From Phoronis australis (Eukaryota > Animalia > Phoronida): a DNA stretch of 64,000 nucleotides. The DNA is taken from assembly GCA_002633005.1 (NCBI GenBank), contig NMRA01000014.1:672955-736954 (forward strand), written 5' to 3'. The position numbers and the translations under genes are program-made. The notes under the pieces are model-generated. The model was not told where the DNA came from. It saw only the letters and a list, made by a program, of their open reading frames with translations, and did not search any database. Of this stretch, positions 12,533 to 24,000 are shown piece after piece (position 1 is the stretch's first letter; the number at the start of each line of letters is the position of its first letter).

Positions 12533-14218
12533 CAGCACACATCACGAATTTTTGTCCGACCGGTCGGAAATTGGTCGACGACCGGCCGTTGACCGGTCGT
12601 CTAGTCGACCAGCAGCCGATCAACAACGGTCGGCTAGGAGCCGTCTGCTGAGTCGCCTCTGTGGTCGGCACTTGGGTCAGCTAAGTGGTTGCCTAGCGTA
12701 GAAGACCAATTCGGATTAAGCGTGTCCTTGATTGGCAATGACCATTTTATGACTTAGCGGGTGAACTTTGGACAAACAAACATTTAACTGTTCGCTATTC
12801 GTTTACCAGTGGAAACTCCAGTCTTGACATCGGTTTATCAACTTTTGTTGAAATATTGAAAGGCGGTAAAATCCAATCAACCTACAAATACGAAGTATTT
12901 ACACCAGCCTAAAACCTTATGTTGAATTTATGACGGCGTGGTAAAATCAAACGTTAGGTGATATCGCGGAAGCATATTAAGATATGAGAATTTTTATACA
13001 GTACATTATGCATAAAAACAAGCACGAAATAAAATTAACAGTAAAATTGAATAAAAATCAGAATACCACACGGGATATTTTACTACCTCAAGTGTTTTCA
13101 TGCCGCAGAATGCTCAACAAGCAGCACGCATTTTCGCTCATCCGTTATTGCTCTTGATCATCACTTCATCACGCTATACATTGTGCTTTACCACAGATAG
13201 TGATTGTTTATTTCTGTATAAATTTCTGAATGTGGTGGTACAGCAATAGAACGCAAGTTTATTTTAGGAACAACATAAACAATGGTTTGAGCATAGTGCT
13301 GATATTAAAGCATGGGCGCAGGAAAACGGAAGACTGTGATCAGTTTATAGTGTCATCCATCATCCATCATCATTCTGAAATTGCTGTCACTTTCGCAGTA
13401 AAAAAAATCTTTTCGAAGCTAGAGCCTTCCTATCTAGCCAGCTAGCTGTATGAAGCCTATTTTCAAAATACAGCAAGGTGCCACTGCGTATTGAGCTCAA
13501 ACAAACCTCGAAACTTCACACAGCCCGGATAGTTACGCTTGTCACCTCGTCGAAAAGCTTGTATCAACATGAGCTCAAGACCGGCGGGTGTGCATACAAA
13601 CTCTGGAAATCAATTGGCATTCAAGTTGCCCGTTACGGCCGTTTAAGCGAAAAACATCCGACGTCATCTTCTTGCGTAATTCTCTGCTTTTTGTAACGAA
13701 AAAACGTTTGTCGTCGTTTTGAAAAGAGTTCATTCGTGACACGCGCCACTTTCAAAATGTTTTCGACATCTCCCATTAGATGGTGACAACATCTCAACAA
13801 AATGTGTTCTAAAATTCGGTTCACTGATATCAAAATTCCAAAAACATATAATGAAGTGAAACCAATTCTGATCATTTGTCGTGACGTTTACGCAACCTCG
13901 AGGGAGAACGTTTGATTGAAGAATCTGGGAAAAAGAAACTGGCTAATAGGTGACGCAATATTTCATTGCGTCGAAAGTCGACGCAAAAGATCACACCATA
14001 ATTTTAGCAGCAGAATAATTTTAGAAAACCTATTATTTTTGCAACGCTGGTAAATAATTTAGATTACTCTAGGGAGATTTTATTCGACCAGTTTGTCGGC
14101 TGATGGCCGGTCAGCTGAAGGGTCGGCTGAAGGGTCGGCTGGAGTGTCGCCTTATGTGTCGACAGCCAGTCGTCGACCAATTTCCGACCGGGCGGACAAA
14201 AATTCGTGATGTGTGCTG
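12533..14218 (+). mobile_element. Family T copy B, internally deleted (1.7 kb)
   Basis: Both TIRs are intact with TA flanks (12531-32, 14219-20). At ~14085 the sequence jumps from left-arm to right-end sequence. Confidence 0.9.
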
Positions 14219-14259
14219 TATTGAGCTTAAGATCTGCATATATTCGCTTTCTCCATTAT

Positions 14260-16260
14260 ATTGTCATTACGGACTTTTTCCATTCACAGTTAAAAAAGAC
14301 GTTGCGGCATTCTACGAACTTTATTCGTACCCACAATTTTGTTACTTCTCGTTCAGGAAAAATACAGGTCGTATTTATCATGTTCTCACCTTTGGTTATT
14401 ACAAGTGTTTGTATCTTCGCAATTATTTGACAGAGTTCCACGACATACATGTATATGTACGACAGTTCGTTTAGGAGGTGACTCCGAATTCTCGTTTTGG
14501 AATTGATTCAACGTATTCTGTGCACACTGATGTCCGTTTTTACTACATCCGAAACTTTTTTGGCGTCTGTGTCTCTGTTGGGCTAAACTGCACTAAGGGT
14601 GACTATAAAAAATTGTATGAGTTCGTACATGGAATTGGATGCGATAGTGATTTTTGGTCGTCTCCAACCACTGTGTCGCGTCCAAATGGCAGCGTTTTGT
14701 CCAAGGTTGTTTCTCATGAATCCCCTGCTGGAGCATGTTTAGGTTTGACCAATATATTTCTACAAAATTGGCAATAAAGGTCGATGACTTTTGGACGGAT
14801 CCAACTACCACTCTTCCCACCTGTTGCATAAAATTGGCACTAGGTGGCACAACAGTAGTCAGATCAATCTGTCCAACAGTCGTCGCGGTCCGTTACAATT
14901 ATAATATAAACGCACCTACCAAACTTAGTAAAGATCCTGCAAACGGTTTAGGAGATATAGCCATAGGCGCAAAAACAAAGAAAACTGCCACTAGGAGGCA
15001 CCACATTAGTCGAAGTCGTCCGAAAATTATCGTCAACTGTCCTCTTCATAGTAAGAACATACAAGCCAATTTTCACAATCATGGTTAGAGCGGTTTGGTT
15101 GACAAAGGGGGACGCTACAAAACAGACTCGAAAACAGTCCAAATGGCCACTGGGTGGTTCAAACTACGTCAAATCCCCCGAAAACGGGAGTATACCGTTG
15201 TCTCACTAATTTAAGACTATATACCAAATTTTGTGAAAATATGTTGATAACCTTTAAAGATACAGAGGTAAATGTAAAAAAATAAATTGCCACTAGGGGG
15301 CACACCGGTAGTCGAATCCGTCCGAAACTTTGCTCAACCGTCCCATCCATGACAGAAACACAGATGCAAAATTTCACGCACAGACCTCAACCGGTTTTGG
15401 AGATAGAGCAGCGGACGCCGGACACCGACGCCGGACAGACGCCGCCTGGACGGACAGACGAACGAAGATGACGGCATAATGCGTCCCCATATAAATATGT
15501 GGCCACATAAATATGGCCAATAGGCGGCGCAAAGAACGTCGAATCCATCTGAAAAAGGGGACATTCCGCCATCTCATTAACAGATGCCCTTATGCGAAAT
15601 TTTATGAAAATACCGTGAGGACCTTTGAACATACAGAGGTAAACATAAAATTGCAACTAAGTGGCACACCTGTAGTCACATCCGTCTGGTAGTCGTCGTC
15701 CTCCGTTGTTAATATCATATAAAAAAACTTACTAAATTTAGTAAACATCTTGCGAACGGTTTAGGGATATAGCCATAGGCACAAAAACAAAACTGCCACA
15801 AGGAGGCGCTACAGTAGTCGAAGTCGTCGGAAAATCATCGTCAGCCATCCAATGCCGATTTTTCCAAGCAACCTTGGAGCGGTTAGGTTGATAGAGGGGT
15901 GGATGCAAAAAACAACTTGAAAACAATAAAAATGGCTACTAGGTGGCGCAAACTACGTCAAATCCATCTGAAAACGGGAAGTTAGCGTCATTTCACAAAT
16001 AGGTGCCTATATACCAATTTTTTTTGAAAATCCATTCAGCACTGAAGATTGAAGATAGAGGTAAACGTAAACAAATAAAATTGCCACTAGGGAACACACC
16101 AATAGTCGGATCAGTCCGAAACTTCGCTCATGCCGCCCCATTCACGGAAGGAAAACATATGCAAAACTTCATGAACATACGTTAAGAAATTATGGAGATA
16201 GAGCAGCGGAAGCAGGACAGACGGACGCCGGACGGAGATGACGGCATAATTCGTCCACTT
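14260..16260 (+). repeat. Tandemly duplicated repeat (~810-bp period, ~150-bp subunits), Helentron/HINE-like
   Basis: 14925 AACTTAGTAAAGATCCTGCAAACGGTTTAGGAGATATAGCCATAGG recurs at ~15733. Recurrent (G)CCACTAGGTGGC subunit motif. GGACAGACGGACG microsatellite-like tails at ~15420-15470 and ~16215-16240. Confidence 0.55.
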
Positions 16261-17109
16261 AGAAATATTTGGGCGTATCAAAACGGAAAATGGGGTTTGT
16301 TCAGGGCTATGAATTGTACCTTCGAAGCATTCCTGACTTTTTAGTGGACTTGTGTCTCGTTTTCTCGCATTGTTTGTGTCTCTCAGGAGGACTTTTTACC
16401 CACTTTGACAAATGGGGAGACACGTTCGAGCCCCCCCAGCCCCCCCGGGTGAGCGCATATGACATCACGATGTTTAGCGTTGTGGTTCCAGCTGAAACAT
16501 CCCTTTGACTCCAAGATGTCATATATATGTACATGTAAGAAAATTTGAAAACGTGTGCGAGACAATACCTGTTACCAAACAAGTTCATTTTGGTCCACGT
16601 CTCCGAACTCTATGTGAACCTACACTAATAGACCTTTTGTGGGTGAGACTAATCATCGTCATCATAGCAAATAATTATCTGTTGAAGCTACGTACTTGCA
16701 AAATATTTATGTTTTGGTTAAATATTACACATACTTGGCTTCAGCATCATCAGACTGAAGAATAGCGAAAAAGGTCGAGTTACATGTACTTGAACATTGA
16801 TATCACACTTAACTCATGACTATAACTAAAATTAAGGAAAATACTAGGAGATTATTTTTCGAATCAAGACTGTTCTTATCAATCGTCTTGCTAATGGCGA
16901 TTTTGACAATACCTTGTAGCGCTAAGTGGTTGTTCTATGTTGTCTTGCAACGGTTACAGTCAGGTTGAATATGATCGATATTGCATTTTGCAAGATATTG
17001 CACGTTTGGCAGGATTGTTAAAGACACGAATCATTGTTTCTGCATAAACCTCCAACCATTTCATCACCGACACTCTCTTGGGGGGAGGATAAACAACGAG
17101 GTTACTAAC

Positions 17110-17312
17110 CAGCATTGCGAACTCTGTACCATATTGAAACTTCTCCTCCATAGGCATTCGCTGTTTGACACTGGTAGTCGGCCGCATCGTGTTTCCTTTT
17201 AGAACAGTACACCCGTTTTCCATTCCAAGAAATTCTATTTACATTGGTGACAATTCTTGCAAGTCTGAGTCTTTCTGCACGCTCCCCAATGCTTCTTGTC
17301 CACCAACTTACT
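17110..17312 (-). CDS. Internal exon of the same Ig-superfamily gene (C-terminal half of an Ig domain)
   Basis: Bounded by TTGCAG| acceptor and G|GTTAGT donor, 203 bp, open frame VSWWTRS...HDAADYQCQTANAYGGEVSIWYRVRNA (D-x-x-x-Y-x-C-x-x-x-N-x-x-G motif). This frame is not in the supplied ORF track. Ends in phase 1, matching exon 9125-8946. Confidence 0.75.
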
Positions 17313-17840
17313 CTGCAACAGTCATTTAAATGGACGCAAGTGACTACGGAAGCTTCGGCTAATTATACATTTCAGCAGCCGCTTTAGTTTTTCGTCCCAT
17401 GACATTTGCACTTTACGTTCACAAAACTGATATTAAGTGTTCGCCGACTGTTTTGGAGCACACATGTCGCGAACAAGTCCATTCCAAAACCTCCCCGCTC
17501 CCCTTCCTTTTCTCCCTCCCTCTCCCCATGCCGTTAGCCCGTTCAGCCACACAATTTCAGTAATGAACAATGGTGTCCCGACATTAAAAAGCTTTGACTG
17601 AACTGCAGATAATTGACAGCGAATATTATAACATAACCGAGGTCAAATAGAAACAGTACGCAAACAAAAATAACAATCACCTGGTGCCAAAATTATTTTG
17701 CAATATTTCAATAATGTAATTGCAGGCACACTTATTTCACGACATGTATACTCAATAAGTGTTGGAACTCTGCGTTAAAGTACGCGTATTCTTCACTAGA
17801 GACGGCAACTACGAGGGTTCCACAATGAATATCAATGTAT

Positions 17841-17996
17841 CGCGGGCGGATCCAGAATTTTCAGTTTGGGGGACAGGGCAGAGTATTAGCAAGAATTTTA
17901 CCCATCAGATAATCGCAGCCCGAACTGCCAAATAACATATGTGAGAATTTTAGGGGGCAAGGCCCCTTTGCCCCCCCCCCCTTGAATCCGGCACTG
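17841..17996 (+). mobile_element. Short GC-ended MITE-like repeat
   Basis: GGGCGGATCCAG...GAATCCGGCACTG ends. The core CAGGGCAGAGTATTAGC is shared with 61364-61495; a related end GGATCCGCCCCTG occurs at ~57957-57969. Confidence 0.55.
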
Positions 17997-19039
17997 CTCT
18001 TATCACATCGTCTACACTAACTGTTGTTGGCTTGAGTAATGTCATATGAAGAATCCGCGGTTTACCTAAAACACCATTTGAGGATTTCACAACGTATGTT
18101 CTGCTCAGGTTGACTGAATACCTCATACAAGTAAAGTTCAGATTCCCAAAGGTCATCAAGTTTTTGTATGAAAAATTTCATAACCAAAACGATATCTCCA
18201 CCATGTACGTATAACAGACGTCAGTGGCCACCGGGGGTATATATCGTTTTTCTCGTTTTCTATGACAGTCATTCATATGTACATGTAAATTCACTTAGTC
18301 AAAATAGTATTGCAAAGTCTTGTTCATATCCTGTACATACTTACTGTGTCACGTAATACATGAATTCCTGGACCTAAGTTTAATGTGCATTTGCACATCC
18401 ACAATTAAATCTGGATAAAGGCCAAACATCAGGTAAAATGGGGAATACCTGTATGCTAGCCCGAGAGCTGGCATTATATGCAAAAGACATCTTAACAACA
18501 TGACCACTCAGTAAAATGTTCAACAATGTTGAAGCATGCACATAATCAATACCCATGAACATGGTACGGGAGATTCATCAGCACCCAGTCACAGACAAAG
18601 CTCCTGAATCAGCTTGGATTCAAAGTTACGACGCTGATGGAAATGGATCCTTTGAAGTACACCACAGGGAATGATCGGGGGATCAAACTCTGCTCTAGCT
18701 GTCGTCATAGTCAGTTGGTTAGTGGTAAGGACCACTATGACATTATTGTTAAAATAGTCAGGTCATTACTAGAACACTTTTTTACCATCCCGACGGTTCA
18801 ATCGACAGAACAATATATGCAGACCATTTCCCAACCGTAGGTGGTGGTCATGCTTATGGAGCCTCCTCTACAGGGAATTTCCGCCTCAAACAACGTTCAC
18901 AATTATTCACATGCTGCTCATTATCAGTGAACATGCGAGGCCAGTAATTCAACTTAACACCAAACTAAAGGTACGCTTAGTTTATGTTACTATGTAGTAA
19001 TTCTACAGTACGTTTGACTACGTTATATGCTGCCTATAC

Positions 19040-19631
19040 GGAAATATTCAGCAGGAACCTATAGAAGCCTCAAGGAATTCCCTTAGTAACATGGATTTGC
19101 TATAGGATTTCTATAGGATCAAGATTTGCTAAAATAATTCCTTTAGTAATATCGATTTCCCACAGGAGTCCTATGGGATCAAGATTTCTTATAGGAATTA
19201 ATATAGAAAAATTCCTATAGGAAATTTTTCAGAAATCTGATTTCTAAACATTTCAACAAATAAATAGCATGAGAGTAAGATATCGGTTTTTATTTACCTA
19301 CTTTCAGCTCATCTGTGTCAATATCTTTTAAATTTTAATATTCAGGCGACTCTTATTATGTTAATTCCTTCGTCATTTTGGTATTTCCTATGTTAAATCA
19401 TATACTAGTTGTACTCATTTCATTGCCAGAAATAATTTCCTATAAAAAATAGACTTAATATTGTCTATGGCGTACATTGTTTCACGTACATGTATTGTTT
19501 AAAAAGCACAATTTGGAATGTAAAACAACTCCAATAGGAAATTCTATAGGATCCAGAAGGATAGGATATAGAGTTTTCTATAAGATTCTATTGAATTCCT
19601 TACTTTAAAGAGTTCCCACCATGACCCTGTG
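19040..19631. repeat. Degenerate 22-bp CCTATAGGATCCTATT repeats, related to the 39768-40610 array
   Basis: Repeated TTCTATAGGATC / CCTATAGGAA / TTCTATTGAATTCC motifs. Confidence 0.55.
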
Positions 19632-20539
19632 TCTCAAAAAGGAATTTTATTATTACATCTTAACAGAATTAATAGCTTTAAATACACCTGTTGCTACGAA
19701 ACAATCTAAAAATTTTAAAAATATATTTTTCTGTTATCGAGTTTGTACGCAATGGGTGGAAGACCGGCTCAGCCGTTGTTGTTTTACCAGTGCGATACTG
19801 AGGAGTTGTGAAGAAGGTCCGAGTGGAGCCGTCTTTTTCAGACATGAAAAGGTGCGTTTGTGGAAACTGTGATAACAACAACTTGACTGTGAACGTCTTA
19901 GTGTTCAAATTTCCTAAATACGTGAAAGTTGCACAAAAATGGCATCGGTTTGTCATGGGCGGCGCATCATAGGGGCCTAGGGTAGGGCTATAGCCCCCAC
20001 TTTTTCAGGGCTAAGCCGCCCATGGTCTATAGGCGGTGCTACACAGGAGGGCTGAGGGGGTTAGCCCCCACTTTTTTCAGTGCTGCGCCACCCATGATTG
20101 TGCGTCGAACAAGAGTGTGGAGTGTCAGTGTGGAATATGAGATCCAGTTTGGCGTAAGCCACACTTTGATCGGCATATTTCAAAGAATCGTGTTTCGACC
20201 ACACACATAAGCGGCGTTACAATGAAGAACTCACCACCAAGTAAGTGCATTTGCAAATTTGGTAAATAACGAACAAACTGCTTCCATTCTAGGGCGAGTG
20301 ATGCCAGGCCCTGGACCCCGACCCAGATCGAGTGCTACTACAAGTACGCTCATGCATATTGTGTTTAGACTGTGCTCATTCCATCACGGCAATAGTGAAT
20401 ACGAGTAACCCAGGTTGGCTGTGGCCTTGTCAGTAATTATTAAGTGTCTATTTTGTGAGTATTGACCACCACTTGGTAGAGTTGGTTGTGGCTCACATAT
20501 GTCATTTCTCGTGGAAGTGGGTCGAGTTCATACGGCCTA

Positions 20540-20760
20540 AACCCGACGCCAAAGTTCGCTAAATGGGAAATCGAATTCATTGTCTGATTCTTCAAGTACT
20601 TGAGTAAAAGTGCCCGTATCCACTCTCCTCTCTGTCTGCATAATAATTGTCCAATTCTCGCCTAATATTGTCATTGTCTTCTGACCTGCAGTGTTCCTAC
20701 ATTGCAAATGATTGTCAAGCGGCCAACCGTCTTCCACCCATTGCATCATTTGGCGGGAAA
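20540..20760 (-). pseudogene. Possible degenerate Ig-domain exon
   Basis: QWVEDGWPLD...TILGENWTIIMQTERRVDTGTF resembles Ig C/E/F strands and follows a TTATTTCTAAG acceptor-like site, but the F-strand Cys is missing. Confidence 0.35.
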
Positions 20761-20912
20761 CTTAGAAATAAGTAATTTTTCTTCAAAATTAAAAAAGTTG
20801 CCACTATTTGGCATAAAAAGTGCCTATTTAGCAAGATTCTATGGTATTCGATTCATATTAGCTAACTGAAACCCGAAAAAGTAAGAAAATGCATGGTGGG
20901 AACTCTTTAATA

Positions 20913-21020
20913 AATCCCAGCTTGGAATACAAGTCGTCAACCCTAGTGTCCCTAATTTTAGTACCCAGGATAGCCCTGGCGGCTCTATTTTGCATTACTA
21001 GGACTTTGTTTAGCTTATTG
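20913..21020 (-). mobile_element. LINE (CR1/L2-like) ORF2 C-terminal fragment
   Basis: LNKVLVMQNRAARAILGTKIRDTRVDDLYSKLG, matching the LQNRAAR.I motif. Confidence 0.65.
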
Positions 21021-24000
21021 TAGCCAAGGGCAGTTGAAACCGGGTTTCCCAAACAGGTAAAATCGGAAGCTAGGATTCATTAAATTTACGCTCTGTGACG
21101 TATTTGTAGCCTATGACAGACTTTCTACAAAATTGTGGTGCATTGCTATCAACTTCCGTTGTTAAATTACGATAATTTTTCAAAAAAAATTGTGCTCATC
21201 ACAGGGCGACTCAACAAATTACCTGAAATCTTCCTTATCTTATACAATTTTTAAAGTTCATGTGGAGTCCAGATTAATTGCGATTAAGTCCAAATCTGCG
21301 CTACACCGTACCCCACAACACGAGAAAAACCTCTGGATGAACACACATGTTGTTGTCACGTGACGTTTGTTTTGAAGTTCGTCTGCGTATGAGAGTGAGT
21401 GAACGTGCGTGTGCGGGTCATCGACGACATAATTTTTTGTTACAAAAGGCCGAGGATTATGCAAGAAAATGGCATTTACTAGATTGTTTTTCACTTAAAC
21501 GGCTGCAACGTGCAAGGTGAGTGCTGGTTAACTCACAGGTTTTGTGTGCACAGGCCGACGGTCGTTAGCTCTACCGTGGGGTATTAATAGTCCAAGGCTC
21601 GATCTACTTGTTGGGGACGAAGTGAACTACCTGGGCTGTGTGAAATTTCTGGGTCTAACAGAGACACAGACACAGTGTTCAGCCAGCTGGCTGTATCAAG
21701 ACTATAGTCAAAATCCAAATTCGTTTTATGGTGTCCCTGTCAATAATAACGGTATGTTAGTTTCTTAATTTTCGTACATCTACTTCAGGAACATAACAAT
21801 CACGTGTTTTGTATACATACGCGCACGCCGCAGATCACATCTCGGAAAATGCCGATTTGACGGATGACAATGAATGAGCAAAATGGGATTAAACAACGTC
21901 GTTTTACAGCTTGTAAGATTCATAATACACGTATTTTGAATATTGCAATGCATGTGTTCCAAAATCTAAACAACTTGGGTCCTATATTTTTGTATTCGTG
22001 CGCGCCGAATGAAAGTAATCGTGAGTGTTGCTGTGTTGCAAAATCTCTTATCCGGGACCGATTTGAAAAATTCAAAGTTGTACTCATGTTTGTTTTCGCT
22101 CCTCTTTTCAAATATTAGAGTAAAAACTACGTAGAACTCTTTCCATAAAAAGTACAGTCTACTAGCTAGATTGTAATCAGCTGATCATATCCTCATGAGA
22201 AAGCCAATTAGTCTCGCTCATGACTCGATGACTAGAGCAGCTTGGCGGCATCCCTTTGACCGTGAGCCAAGCTCGACTCAGCCAAGGTGGATAAATACGG
22301 TCTAGTTCAACTTTCCAGACCCCACAGTTTACACGTACAGCACAAATCACGAATTTTTGTCCGACCGGTCGGAAATTGGTCAACGACCGGCCGTCGACCG
22401 GTCGGCAAATTAGCCGACCGGCCGGCTTAGAATTAGCCGACCGGCAGCTGCCCGCAGTGCCGACTCATAAGGCGACTCCCCAGCCGACCCTTCAGCGGAC
22501 AGGCCATCAGCCGACCAGCTGGTCGGCTGCTATTTTTAGACTAGAGTAACAGTTGCGTAATAGGTTGTCAGGTTGATACCACTTTGCGTGTCGATGCATA
22601 TTCGTCTTAGCACAGGGTCAAATAAATTAATTTTGATTTACTGTCTCGGTTACATGAATTCACTTTGGTTGTGTAACACCACTAATTCGAAGGTTGAAGG
22701 CAAGCGGTAGTAAACATTGGATTATGGGCAACGCAACAAGTTTTGGATTAAAAAAACCTGAAAGTTTTCTTTACATTTGCTCTTTAATTTGACTCGTGAC
22801 GTTAACAAGTTGCATTAGATTGGCTGCTTCCCGGCCAATACAACGCTGTGGTCACTTTGTAAACGTAGCTATTTTTGAGTCTTCGCCCATAATTGATTTT
22901 GCTTGTGTAACGCCAAACTGCATCTTATTGCTTTTTAAAATTTATTCACGGTTCTCATATCACGCACCATGATGATGGGATTGTGAGTTGTTACACCGCG
23001 AAGAGCCTCACTCCGGGGATTTTATTTTCATATTGACCCATGCAGTACAGACGCGAAATTCACGGTCTAGTATGCCCTAAACCCACTGACTTCGATGGCT
23101 CTAACTTCGAAATCATACTAAGGTTACGATTTCTACTAACTTAGACTGTGACATCAAACACGGAATGGCCACTGTTGAGGCAACAGCCAATTGTAGCTCT
23201 GCGCATTCCGTTTTCATTTATCGGTGACGTTAAAATCTGGCTTAGTTACATGTACTCGTAGGCCCCTATCAGTTGGTCGTTCACGTTGTTCCAAAAATAA
23301 ATATTTTCTGTCAACAACATACTGAAAAATTATGTAAAATAAAGCAATTGTGACCGGGAAGATATGAATACGTGGTGAAGAGGTATTTGTCTCTACGTGG
23401 CACATGTGCGTGGATCTTTGGTAAAGCGATTGCGATGTCGAAAAAATGTTAGAAAATACGTCAAGGTGCACTTTTGACAAGCAAAACGTTTGTGGTGATA
23501 TTTGTAGCGTATCTGGCCACCCTAGGTAATAAGTGACGCTAAATGACAAGTGGCAACTACGTGTTTGGCGCGAAAATAAAAAATCATGCTTGTATCACCA
23601 CCCCCCCNCCCGAATTTTCCACATTCTAATGAGTCACCACTCGAGATTTGTTTCCGTTTCACTCCTACAATCGCAGAATAATTCTTCTGTGCTCAGCTGT
23701 AAGATGAAATAAATTTTTTGAAACGGTGCTCGATCTTAAAAAAAATTCCAGCATGAGAGCGCTTTATCAGAAATGCCAAGCACACACAGCGTTTCCGTAT
23801 GTCCAAGTGCTTTGAACAGTGTGCACAAATTTGTTCATTTCGCTTTTCTACACTGACGAATATGGTCAACACGGTGTTTTAAAAACGTCCACTTTTGACG
23901 GCATTTTCAAAAATGAATGTTTGGTTGATAAATTTAGCCCACGGGCAGAAAAAGGTATCGTTGCGTTTTCAAAACTTTCAGAGCATGAGCTGAAGGACTA

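Noticed and set aside
18560-18700. Possible additional Ig exon on the minus strand (AEFDPRSFPVVYFKG...)
   Set aside because: In-frame stop, and no clear Cys/Trp pattern or donor site.
19954-20097. Two GC-rich hairpin-like units (CATGGGCGGC...GCCGCCCATG)
   Set aside because: Most likely tiny MITE remnants; no evidence for an ncRNA and no clear TSD.
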